From: an uncultured virus (IMG/VR IMGVR_UViG_3300031758_009617) | Taxonomy: Duplodnaviria > Heunggongvirae > Uroviricota > Caudoviricetes | DNA length: 64,000 nt | Virus record (IMG/VR): IMGVR_UViG_3300031758_009617 | Strand: one strand, 5' to 3' | Shown here: piece by piece, positions 9,573 to 17,380 of the stretch | How the letters are laid out: every line of letters starts with the position of its first letter | Numbering within the stretch: position 1 is the first letter of the stretch | Notes under the pieces: model-generated | Databases searched by the model: none | Seen by the model: only the letters and a program-made list of their open reading frames with translations | Told to the model about the DNA's origin: nothing | Program-made: the position numbers and the translations under genes

Positions 9573-10412
9573 TTAGCCTCGCGTCAAGAGAACCCGTCCC
9601 ATGCGCTCCCAGTCCGTGGGGTGACTCTTGGCAAGCGCGCAGAGCTTCATGACCGTACGCAGACTCAGCTCACGCAGGTCGTCCCGATGCTGCTTAATGA
9701 AGGCGAGAATCTTATTCCCAACGTCTGGCTTGACATTTTCCCGCGCAAAGAGCTTGCCGCCCGTGGCAATGTGCTCGATCCAGAGACTAATGGCCTGACG
9801 GTCATGGAGACGCAGATCCAAGTAGAGGCTACGTGACATGAGCGCCTCGAAATGCGTGACATACTTATTCCCGCCCATGTCCACATACTTCTGGAAGTCA
9901 AGGTTGGAAATGAAAATGAATGAGCCGTGAAATTCATAGCTCTGCGGAACATCATCCTGCTTGAGCGTGTGACTGTCCTTGAGCCAGGACACGCGGCGAT
10001 TGGCGCTGGAGTCGCAGAGCGCCTTGAGGATGTTGAGTGCGTCCTCATCGGTGAAGATGCTATCGGCGTCATCCAGGACAATCACGTTGCCGTGCTTGCG
10101 ATTGCGATACCCGAGCTTGTAGAGCTCGACCGCGCTGATGGCGCCCGACACCGACTCCGTGACAATGTTCGGGGTGTTCTCAAGGATGTTGCTCACCGTG
10201 TAGGTCTTGCCTACGCCTGGGGCACCCGTCACCACCATGCTGCGAATGTCACCCTTGGTGCTACCCTGCGTGAGCTTGCCCAACATGTCGAAACGATCCT
10301 TGAGGTCGGTGAGAACCTCGATATCGGTGCGAGCCTTGACAGTCGCCTTCGAGGCGCGCTCGGCGAGCATCTGCTTGGAGGGACGACCACGACGCTTAAT
10401 CTGGAGAGACAT
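9573..10412 (-). CDS. AAA-family P-loop ATPase
   Basis: GAPGVGKT Walker A, VIVLDDAD Walker B, FISN sensor, SR finger; N-terminal RRGRP AT-hook-like. Confidence 0.8.
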   Translation of the reverse strand: MSLQIKRRGRPSKQMLAERASKATVKARTDIEVLTDLKDRFDMLGKLTQGSTKGDIRSMVVTGAPGVGKTYTVSNILENTPNIVTESVSGAISAVELYKLGYRNRKHGNVIVLDDADSIFTDEDALNILKALCDSSANRRVSWLKDSHTLKQDDVPQSYEFHGSFIFISNLDFQKYVDMGGNKYVTHFEALMSRSLYLDLRLHDRQAISLWIEHIATGGKLFARENVKPDVGNKILAFIKQHRDDLRELSLRTVMKLCALAKSHPTDWERMGRVLLTRG

Positions 10413-10485
10413 AGTTCCTGGGATGTGTGTTGTGTTGAGTGACTATACTGCGTAATCTAGCACCGTTTCAACCATTTGTCAAGCC

Positions 10486-10668
10486 CTACTCCTCAGAGTA
10501 GGATCCTGAATAGATGGCTTCGCAGTCATCATACCCCCACCCGTCGCCTGGGGCATCATAGGAGTAGCAAGCCTCCGTCTGGCACTTCTCCGAGCAAAAC
10601 TCCGCACTTCCCGTGAAGGTCCCCACCTCATGCTCGCCGCACACCTTGCACATCGGGACATGGTACAT
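10486..10668 (-). CDS. Small zinc-finger protein
   Basis: CKVC..FCSEKC; AGGAG RBS. Confidence 0.6.
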   Translation of the reverse strand: MYHVPMCKVCGEHEVGTFTGSAEFCSEKCQTEACYSYDAPGDGWGYDDCEAIYSGSYSEE

Positions 10669-10727
10669 GCTTAATCTCCTTTAAGTGTATACTGTAATAT
10701 AGCACCCCAGGAACCATTTGTCAAGCC

Positions 10728-10904
10728 CTAGGCGTAAATGGGTTTCGACCAAATTTCCCGGTCCAGGCGCTCATTCAGGAGCTGGCAGAAGTGCACCGCC
10801 ATGTGCTTGAGTTCGGGGTTCCACGTATTAATCGTGGAGTTGGTGCGCACGTCCACGACGGCGATGCCGTCGGGGTATTCTCGGATTTGGTAAATGTTCA
10901 TCAT
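10728..10904 (-). CDS. Early hypothetical protein (leaderless)
   Basis: ATG 7 nt after -10. Confidence 0.6.
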   Translation of the reverse strand: MMNIYQIREYPDGIAVVDVRTNSTINTWNPELKHMAVHFCQLLNERLDREIWSKPIYA

Positions 10905-10944
10905 ACCATGTAATATAGCACCCGGGGAACCATTTGTCAAGTGC

Positions 10945-11136
10945 TCACCAGGATCGGGGTGGGTGCCCCCGCTCCACTGCCTGATAATAGGTTTTCAGGA
11001 AATCCGCGGCAGCGCGCGCCTCGGTGTAGGTGCGGTACACGGTGTCCTGCGCCAGACCCGTCACCATGTTAATGACGTACCACGTGGAGGCGAAGCCCTC
11101 AACCTCAGCGAACCGATTAATGGTGTATGTTTTCAT
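10945..11136 (-). CDS. Early hypothetical protein (leaderless)
   Basis: ATG 7 nt after -10. Confidence 0.6.
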   Translation of the reverse strand: MKTYTINRFAEVEGFASTWYVINMVTGLAQDTVYRTYTEARAAADFLKTYYQAVERGHPPRSW

Positions 11137-11168
11137 ATACTGTAATATAGCACCGGATTCCGGGTTTG

Positions 11169-11513
11169 TCAAGCCCTGGGGTTGGGAATGGTTTCCAGGA
11201 AGTCATCCCGCCAGTCCCCGAAGGTGAAGTTGGCAGGCACCACCCGGGATCCAATGATGTACTCCCGGAACAAGGCGTTGTCCGTCTCCACCTGCGGAGC
11301 CACGGCATCCAGTACATACTGGATCTCCAGCCCCGTGGACTCTGCGTCCACGTTGAGGATCAGGTAGTCCGATCCCCCCTTCGCCTTCCAGTAGGGGTTC
11401 TCCCCATCCACATCCCCTTCCGGCGTGAAGGCGTAGTTTTCATAGCACTGCGTGGACACCAGGAGCGCGGCAGTCATCACGCGCACATCATCGGAGTAGG
11501 TGTTATTCATCAT
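11169..11513 (-). CDS. Early hypothetical protein (leaderless)
   Basis: TQCYENYA...PYWKAKGG motif; ATG 7 nt after -10. Confidence 0.65.
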   Translation of the reverse strand: MMNNTYSDDVRVMTAALLVSTQCYENYAFTPEGDVDGENPYWKAKGGSDYLILNVDAESTGLEIQYVLDAVAPQVETDNALFREYIIGSRVVPANFTFGDWRDDFLETIPNPRA

Positions 11514-11580
11514 ATACTGTAATATAGCACCGTTTCCCCCATTTGTCAAGCCCTGGCGTAAGTGCTTGATTTACATGGAC

Positions 11581-11760
11581 TTAGCGCATCATCTCCATCA
11601 TATGGAGCTTGGCGAGGCGCTGCGCCTTGTATTTCTCCTTGGTGGACACGCGGTTGCGCTTTTTATCCCGCTCCCAGGCTTGGAACTCTGCCTTGGCATC
11701 CGCCATGGCCTGCTGATATTCCTTGCCTTCGTACAGTGCACCGAGAATGCGTTCCGCCAT
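11581..11760 (-). CDS. Hypothetical protein MAERILG...
   Basis: GGAGG-like RBS; 3' part of ORF 11581-11922. Confidence 0.5.
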   Translation of the reverse strand: MAERILGALYEGKEYQQAMADAKAEFQAWERDKKRNRVSTKEKYKAQRLAKLHMMEMMR

Positions 11761-11761
11761 G

Positions 11762-11935
11762 TTAGTTTGCCTCTGGAAAGGGGTATGCTGCCTTGAGTCG
11801 CGCGCCTGACACCAGGTGGATGCGTCCATCCTGATCCTTGAACCAATAGGTGACATCGGTGCCACCGAAATCCGAAAACCGTTCCATCTTGCCCGTCCGC
11901 CACACACCCGTGGCATCCTCAAATCGCCAAAGCAT
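11762..11935 (-). CDS. Hypothetical protein MLWRFEDATG... (not in ORF track)
   Basis: TAATG coupling, GAGG RBS, fills gap. Confidence 0.5.
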   Translation of the reverse strand: MLWRFEDATGVWRTGKMERFSDFGGTDVTYWFKDQDGRIHLVSGARLKAAYPFPEAN

Positions 11936-12147
11936 TACTGTTCCTCTAGGAGTTCAGGATAGTATTCCGAAATTTCTGCGAGCAGCACCTCATTGCTATA
12001 TTGCGCATAATCTTCCCGCAGCTTTTCCAGTGCATACACCATAAGCGAGTCGCCATCCATGTCATGCACCATGCACTCGGCAAATTGGTAGATGAGACTT
12101 TCACGGTTCTGCGCAATTTGGTAGATGAGATTTTCACCATTTTTCAT
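11935..12147 (-). CDS. Hypothetical protein
   Basis: GAGG RBS, tight packing. Confidence 0.55.
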   Translation of the reverse strand: MKNGENLIYQIAQNRESLIYQFAECMVHDMDGDSLMVYALEKLREDYAQYSNEVLLAEISEYYPELLEEQ

Positions 12148-12148
12148 A

Positions 12149-12307
12149 TTAGTTATCCTCGCTGATTTCCACGGGTTCCTCGACCACATACTCCCAGTGC
12201 GACGGCATGGGAGTGTAATGCGTCAACTGCGTCTGCACCTGCTGCCACGCTTCCTCTTGTGTCTCGGCCTGAATGTTGAACCACACGGGAACCTGGAACG
12301 TTTTCAT
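12149..12307 (-). CDS. Hypothetical protein MKTFQVPVWF...
   Basis: TAATG coupling. Confidence 0.55.
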   Translation of the reverse strand: MKTFQVPVWFNIQAETQEEAWQQVQTQLTHYTPMPSHWEYVVEEPVEISEDN

Positions 12308-12597
12308 TAGACACACTCCGCGGCAGCGTCTGCCACCATGTGCTCCGCGATTTCCTCCCAATCCACCTTGCTGAGGAAACTCTCCGCGAGGTCGAGCGCG
12401 AAGCCCTTGGCGTCCTGCCCGACAATGTCCCAAACATACTCCTCGAGGCTCATCCTCAGGTCGCCCACCACATCGGCGATGCTGTCAGCATCCGTGTTGT
12501 AGATCCGGTATCCGAAATCCTCGATGGTCATCCCATCCAGCATCTCCAGGTTCACGCGCCACGTTTCGTAGTTCATCCAACCGTTGTACTGGGACAA
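12307..12597 (-). CDS. Conserved phage early protein
   Basis: YNGWMNYETW...VDWEEIAEH motif; AGGAG RBS, TTG start. Confidence 0.7.
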   Translation of the reverse strand: MSQYNGWMNYETWRVNLEMLDGMTIEDFGYRIYNTDADSIADVVGDLRMSLEEYVWDIVGQDAKGFALDLAESFLSKVDWEEIAEHMVADAAAECV

Positions 12598-12684
12598 GCT
12601 GTTCTCCTTTTGAGTGTATACCTAAAGCTACACTGGTTTCCACCATTTGTCAAGCCCTGGGGTAAGTGCTTGATTTCCATGCAC

Positions 12685-12990
12685 TTAGTAGGCCTCAGCA
12701 ACATCCTCGCGTTTATATCGCGGTCCCCAATAGGGGGTGATGTCATAGCGTGCATTATGGCATTCTGCGCAAGTGTACAGCTTTTCATGTTTTCGCAAAA
12801 TCACGCTCCCATCCTTTCTGCGATGCCCCGTATGCTGGGCCTCATGCACCCCGCAGTATTGGCACATGGGGCGCCCACCTGGGCTGAGCCTGACCCGGGA
12901 TTGTAACCGTTGCTTGCGCGCCTCGCGCTCTGCCGCGAGTAGAGCCTGGGTGCCCGTGGGGGGCTTGGGTTGTATGCGTCTACGCATCAT
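12685..12990 (-). CDS. Zn-ribbon hypothetical protein
   Basis: CQYC...CAEC. Confidence 0.55.
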   Translation of the reverse strand: MMRRRIQPKPPTGTQALLAAEREARKQRLQSRVRLSPGGRPMCQYCGVHEAQHTGHRRKDGSVILRKHEKLYTCAECHNARYDITPYWGPRYKREDVAEAY

Positions 12991-12991
12991 G

Positions 12992-13174
12992 TTACCAATC
13001 GTTCCTGAGGCGTTCCTGCTCATCCTCATATTCCCACCGGGCGTCCCAGTATTCCCGGGCGGTGAGCCCCGCCTCATTGCTGGGGCCATGATAGTAGCCG
13101 CCCATGAGGGACTGATCCTGCTGCGCCTGCTGCGCCTGCTGCGTCTGTTCGGTTGTGTTGTCGTTTTTCATCAT
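12992..13174 (-). CDS. Early hypothetical protein
   Basis: ATGATG directly after -10; QQAQQAQQ repeat. Confidence 0.55.
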   Translation of the reverse strand: MMKNDNTTEQTQQAQQAQQDQSLMGGYYHGPSNEAGLTAREYWDARWEYEDEQERLRNDW

Positions 13175-13204
13175 ACTGTAGTATACACTAGGGGGCACCA
13201 TTTG

Positions 13205-13390
13205 TCAAGCCCTGTGCATCTTCACCGTGTAATCCTGCAACAGCTCGCCTAGATCCGTGAAACGCATTTCATCATCCATGATGTCGGCGATTGCCGTTGC
13301 CAGCATGCGCGTGATTTGCGTTTTTTCTGCCTCGGACGCCTCGGGATGGAACGTCAGCTCGAGGCGGAGTTCGGTGTCGTTTTTCATCAT
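13205..13390 (-). CDS. Early hypothetical protein
   Basis: ATGATG directly after -10. Confidence 0.55.
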   Translation of the reverse strand: MMKNDTELRLELTFHPEASEAEKTQITRMLATAIADIMDDEMRFTDLGELLQDYTVKMHRA

Positions 13391-13560
13391 ACCGCAATCT
13401 AGCACCCCAGGAACCATTTGTCAAGTCCTTTTGGAAAATATTTTTTTCGAATTTCCAGGTGTCTTAGTGCTGAGATTCCCAGTGCTGAAATTCCGAAATT
13501 CCAAAAAAATACCTCAGCACTAAGATGCTCAGCGCTGAGGTACCTGAGGATTTCCCAATT

Positions 13561-13791
13561 TTAAAAATCCCGGCGCTTCATTTCGCGGAAAATCTCGTCG
13601 GCGGTGGCATCCTCCACGCGGACATCATGTTCGCCTGACACATCCACGAACCGCCTCTTGCCCGGCGCCGCCTCCTGGTCCTCCCGGTCCTGCTGCTCCT
13701 GGGGGGTCCCGCGCTGTCGAGCCGCCAACTTGCGCACTTTCCGCATCAGGGCCTGCATTTCACGGTCAGCACGCGCTCCAGAATTTCCCAT
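13561..13791 (-). CDS. Early hypothetical protein
   Basis: AGGAG RBS; promoter 13823-13851. Confidence 0.55.
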   Translation of the reverse strand: MGNSGARADREMQALMRKVRKLAARQRGTPQEQQDREDQEAAPGKRRFVDVSGEHDVRVEDATADEIFREMKRRDF

Positions 13792-13957
13792 AGCCATCTC
13801 CTGTGTGTGGGGTATATCTCTGAATATACATGATGTTCCATGATATGTCAAGATGCGTGGGTACATGGGGTTACGTATCATCATGTGCGGGGTGCGTGTT
13901 AGATGGTGCGCGCTACATGGTGCGGGGTGCGCATTGCGTATAAGAGAACGTGCACAA

Positions 13958-14034
13958 CCCGCACACCACCCGCATTTTTTCCCGCAGAATAACCCGCATT
14001 TTTTCCCGTGATATATCCCGCAATAACACCCGCA
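13958..14034 (+). repeat. Seven CCCG(CA/TG) units phased at about 12 bp (iteron-like)
   Basis: Starts at 13958, 13969, 13981, 13993, 14005, 14017, 14029. Confidence 0.8.
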
Positions 14035-14090
14035 GTTCTGGTCACAGTGGTCATGGGGAGCAGGCGGGGGATTACTTCATTTCAAACCCT

Positions 14091-14098
14091 TATAAATA
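14091..14098 (+). promoter_or_regulatory. T4-type late promoter TATAAATA
   Basis: Exact motif upstream of the only plus-strand genes. Confidence 0.5.
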
Positions 14099-14257
14099 GT
14101 CTATTATCCACAATCTCTAGTCTTAGTACATCTCATTTCTTCTGGTGTTCTCTCTTGACTTCCTTCATCTCGCAGACTATCTTTCTTGTTTCTGGCATTC
14201 TCTGTGTTCTTTTATTATCATGTCTCATGATACTGTTTTTCATATATACAATACTCT

Positions 14258-14710
14258 ATGACACTTTCCAATCATAAGTCTCAGATGCATCCTGGGGACA
14301 TGCGCTTCTGTATTCAAACCATTCGAGCATTATCTCAACGCAGTCGGGCTGTTCGTGCCCGTGTGGGATGTGTCATTTGGCATCGTCCCTCACGGCGCAT
14401 CATTAGTGTGGGATATAATGGAACCCCTGCAGGAGCTGACAACACCATGGAACGTGACAATAAAACGTTAGATACTGTGATTCATGCCGAAATGAACGCC
14501 TTACAAAAGCTGTTTTGGTGGGAGCGCTGGTTCATGTTGTCTGACTGCACATTGTTTGTCACGCATACACCCTGTGTCACCTGTGCTCAGGCCATACTCG
14601 CCACGAACATTTCTGAAGTGTTCTATTTGGACAATTATGGGAGTTCCATGATGACTCAGACGTTATTTCGTGAACAACATCGACATTTCATGCGCATTTT
14701 GGAAACATGA
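14258..14710 (+). CDS. dCMP deaminase
   Basis: VGCVI, GYNGTP, HAEMNAL, THTPCVTCA. Confidence 0.9.
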   Translation: MTLSNHKSQMHPGDMRFCIQTIRALSQRSRAVRARVGCVIWHRPSRRIISVGYNGTPAGADNTMERDNKTLDTVIHAEMNALQKLFWWERWFMLSDCTLFVTHTPCVTCAQAILATNISEVFYLDNYGSSMMTQTLFREQHRHFMRILET

Positions 14711-15186
14711 TTTATCTGTTTCAGCGTGATGACATCTGGTATCTCTCGGATCAGCATCCGCGCATCTCACATCCTGGGAGTGAACTGCTCGGGGTGTTCA
14801 AGAAGATACAAGATGCCCAACGATACTGCGAGAAACAACAGCATCCCGTCACATCCTTAGTGAACACCACGTGGACAGGCATCACCCCGGCGGGGCGTGA
14901 AAAGATGCGTGACGCCAAGCGCGGGAACAAGAATCCCAACGCTTCGGGATTATCTGAGGTACATAAACGGAAAATCGCCGCCACCATGAAGAAGCAACGC
15001 CGCGGGGAACATCATCATTTCTATAATATGCACCATACTCCTCGGTCGAAATTGAAGATTAGTCTGGGCATGAAGCATCGAGGACCGAGACGCTGGGCGC
15101 TCAGTCCTGATGGTCGGGAACATTTCATGTATCTCCCCTTCACGTTACCTGACGGCTGGTGCTGGGGACGAAGAAGGCGCCGTTAA
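14707..15186 (+). CDS. NUMOD3-motif DNA-binding protein
   Basis: KMRDAKRGNKNP, HKRKIA, GEHHHFYNMHHTPRSKLKIS; no nuclease motif visible. Confidence 0.6.
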   Translation: MIYLFQRDDIWYLSDQHPRISHPGSELLGVFKKIQDAQRYCEKQQHPVTSLVNTTWTGITPAGREKMRDAKRGNKNPNASGLSEVHKRKIAATMKKQRRGEHHHFYNMHHTPRSKLKISLGMKHRGPRRWALSPDGREHFMYLPFTLPDGWCWGRRRRR

Positions 15187-15389
15187 TCCCAGACTGGGTG
15201 TTTCAAAGCGCGTTGCTGGGCATACATGAGGCGCTTCTGGGCATTGTTTCTACGCGGTTCCACGAATTTCAGATGCTCCGTGACACTCCCCGTGGGCGTC
15301 ATGCTTTTCTGAATTTTCTCCACGCGCTGATAACGTTCATATTCCTCGTCCAAATAGTCCCACTTTGACATGTGGTTAGTCCTCGTCAT
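15183..15389 (-). CDS. Hypothetical protein
   Basis: ORF converging with plus-strand pair. Confidence 0.45.
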   Translation of the reverse strand: MTRTNHMSKWDYLDEEYERYQRVEKIQKSMTPTGSVTEHLKFVEPRRNNAQKRLMYAQQRALKHPVWD

Positions 15390-15473
15390 CCAGTAGAGCG
15401 TGAATTGCCATAATGGTGCATCCCACCAGAAATACTGCGAGACCCCACCACCCTCCCTTGTCCTTGTTTTGCA

Positions 15474-15728
15474 TTAGAACCCCCAATGTGTCACGCGCTG
15501 CTGCAACTGCTGTTGCTTGGGCGTGTGTGAAATGGTGACCCAGGCATCGGCAATGTGTGCCTCAATGATGTCATGGGCATAGACGCTACCCGTTTCCGTA
15601 TATACTCCTTCCACCGTGGCCACGCGGACATCACCCTTGCGATTATCCTGAATTGTGGCATACCACCCATTTCGCAGCAACACACGGTCACCCTTCTTGA
15701 GGTCGTTCGTCTTAACAAGCATGTTCAT
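15474..15728 (-). CDS. Hypothetical SH3-like phage protein
   Basis: TNDLKKGDRV...VEGVYTETGSVYAHDI; AGGAG RBS. Confidence 0.6.
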   Translation of the reverse strand: MNMLVKTNDLKKGDRVLLRNGWYATIQDNRKGDVRVATVEGVYTETGSVYAHDIIEAHIADAWVTISHTPKQQQLQQRVTHWGF

Positions 15729-15731
15729 CTC

Positions 15732-15920
15732 CTATGGTAGATAACAATCATGGCAGAGTTGCCCGACACCTGTAACATAAAACAATCGCTCTGAAATGTC
15801 AAGCCCCACGGGAACACCTGTGTCAACCTGACATTGTACACACAATTCCGTTTTTCGGATTTGTCGGGCAATGAACATGCCATCCACCCGATGTCTCACT
15901 TTGCGAAATGTGCGCTTCAT
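15732..15920 (-). CDS. Zn-binding hypothetical protein
   Basis: CVQC...YVTGVGQLCHDCY. Confidence 0.55.
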   Translation of the reverse strand: MKRTFRKVRHRVDGMFIARQIRKTELCVQCQVDTGVPVGLDISERLFYVTGVGQLCHDCYLP

Positions 15921-16186
15921 GTTAAATATTCGGCGGAATGCTTGCACTTTTTCCGAAATGTAAATCCTGGACAATCGCATGTCACGTTTCCTGAATCATA
16001 AATGGTGATGAGATATTTACCTACATGCTTCGTGGTCTTGTTACTTTTTGGTTCCGCGGGACGAATCCAGCAAATGTCCTGTAATGTGGTACCCTGAGGC
16101 ACTTCAACCCAATTCGGCACCACCCAGGTTTTTCCACGTAGTGTGGTAATGGCAGGAGCATGGATGCTGATGATGTCAATGGGCAT
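15917..16186 (-). CDS. SWIM zinc-finger protein
   Basis: TCDCPGFTFRKKCKH. Confidence 0.7.
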   Translation of the reverse strand: MPIDIISIHAPAITTLRGKTWVVPNWVEVPQGTTLQDICWIRPAEPKSNKTTKHVGKYLITIYDSGNVTCDCPGFTFRKKCKHSAEYLT

Positions 16187-16191
16187 GATGA

Positions 16192-16506
16192 TTACCGCTT
16201 ATAGAGATAGCCGCCGTGGGGATCAATACGTTCCCGAAGAACGTCCATGTCTGTGGCAAGATTGTACCGCGCATCCTTGGCGGGCGCCGCCCATCCTGCC
16301 GCCTTGTAGAGCATACCATCCTCACCCACAAAGGCATGAACCGACCGATTTCCATGCTTACCTGCCGACACCACACGGTGATACTTACGTCCCTTCATGA
16401 TGTAATACTTATCGGGCTCCAGATTGGGATAATACTTGGCGTAATACGTGTTCACCGCCTGAATGAGAACGTCAAGATACTCCTGAATGAGCAAATCCGT
16501 GTTCAT
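16192..16506 (-). CDS. Conserved T4-like early hypothetical protein
   Basis: GRKYHRV...SVHAFV...YKAAGWAAPAK..RYNL; promoter 16533-16561. Confidence 0.75.
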   Translation of the reverse strand: MNTDLLIQEYLDVLIQAVNTYYAKYYPNLEPDKYYIMKGRKYHRVVSAGKHGNRSVHAFVGEDGMLYKAAGWAAPAKDARYNLATDMDVLRERIDPHGGYLYKR

Positions 16507-16603
16507 ATCATCTCCTGTGAAGTTATATATGAAATATAGCACGACAGGGACCATTTGTCAAGTCCCTGTCTAAGTGCTTATAAATCAACAACTTACAGCA
16601 TCT

Positions 16604-17380
16604 CTACAGAGTGGAATTCTCCATGATGGGGAACTTTTCTGCGAGAGCAAGATAATTTCGATATAATTCGGAACTATGATCCTGAGTATCTTGCCATAAC
16701 ATACGGAACACACCGCGACTCTTAATCACACGCATAATCCGATATCCCAGTGATGCTTTTTCATAAAAGGGTGTGACATATCCTTCGGAGTCAATATGAT
16801 GCATTGTACCACAGTGATAGAACCATGGCGCAAAGGGAATCTTCGTGACAATATCACCATCATTCACCCACCGATGATGTGGGAAGGGTAGTGTGTTGAA
16901 ATGATTAATGAATGTACGATTTCCCACACGAGGACTTCCATATGTGAATAATCCTGCTGGGTTTGGGAGTGTGTCATCTGTGGCGAACCGATATGCCATA
17001 ATGGTAGCCATTGCGGCACCTAAGCTATGTCCTGTAAACCAAACTTTTTTCTGTGTGTGTTGGGCGAGTGCCATGATGGGTTGCCAAATTTTATCAACAT
17101 AATGGTTGAAGCCAATATGTAATTTACCATGTGCCACTGTGGTTTTGGAAATACTTAAATCGGCTTTCACATCAGAGAATTGTTTTACTTCTGTGCCACG
17201 ACAGGCAACGATGAAATTGTTATCATCTTCCATTGTGAAGGCATCGGCACCTTTATGACCATGATACACAACTTTAAACCCTTCATAGTTCACACGCATG
17301 AAGGCTAAATCTTTATATACACAACTACTAAGGTTTGCGAAAAAGGCGCTTTGTTCTATTAATGTTTTTTCAGAAATCAT
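16604..17380 (-). CDS. Lipase class 3
   Basis: CRGT, HIGF, TGHSLGAA, TYGSPRVG, DIVTKIP. Confidence 0.9.
   Translation of the reverse strand: MISEKTLIEQSAFFANLSSCVYKDLAFMRVNYEGFKVVYHGHKGADAFTMEDDNNFIVACRGTEVKQFSDVKADLSISKTTVAHGKLHIGFNHYVDKIWQPIMALAQHTQKKVWFTGHSLGAAMATIMAYRFATDDTLPNPAGLFTYGSPRVGNRTFINHFNTLPFPHHRWVNDGDIVTKIPFAPWFYHCGTMHHIDSEGYVTPFYEKASLGYRIMRVIKSRGVFRMLWQDTQDHSSELYRNYLALAEKFPIMENSTL

Larger units (their letters stand above)
9475..13851 (-). promoter_or_regulatory. Array of 10 similar sigma70 early promoters (consensus CTTGACAAATGGNNNNNNGGTGCTATATT)
   Basis: TTGACA at + coordinates 9498, 10477, 10719, 10935, 11167, 11544, 12648, 13203, 13419, 13846, each with 17-bp spacer and TANNNT -10. 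Confidence 0.85.

Noticed and set aside
9475..13424. CRISPR array
   Set aside because: Repeats are -35/-10 promoters separated by genes of variable length; no cas genes
14008..14277. 89-aa hydrophobic plus-strand ORF
   Set aside because: Starts inside the repeat array, lacks an RBS, and hydrophobicity follows from the pyrimidine skew
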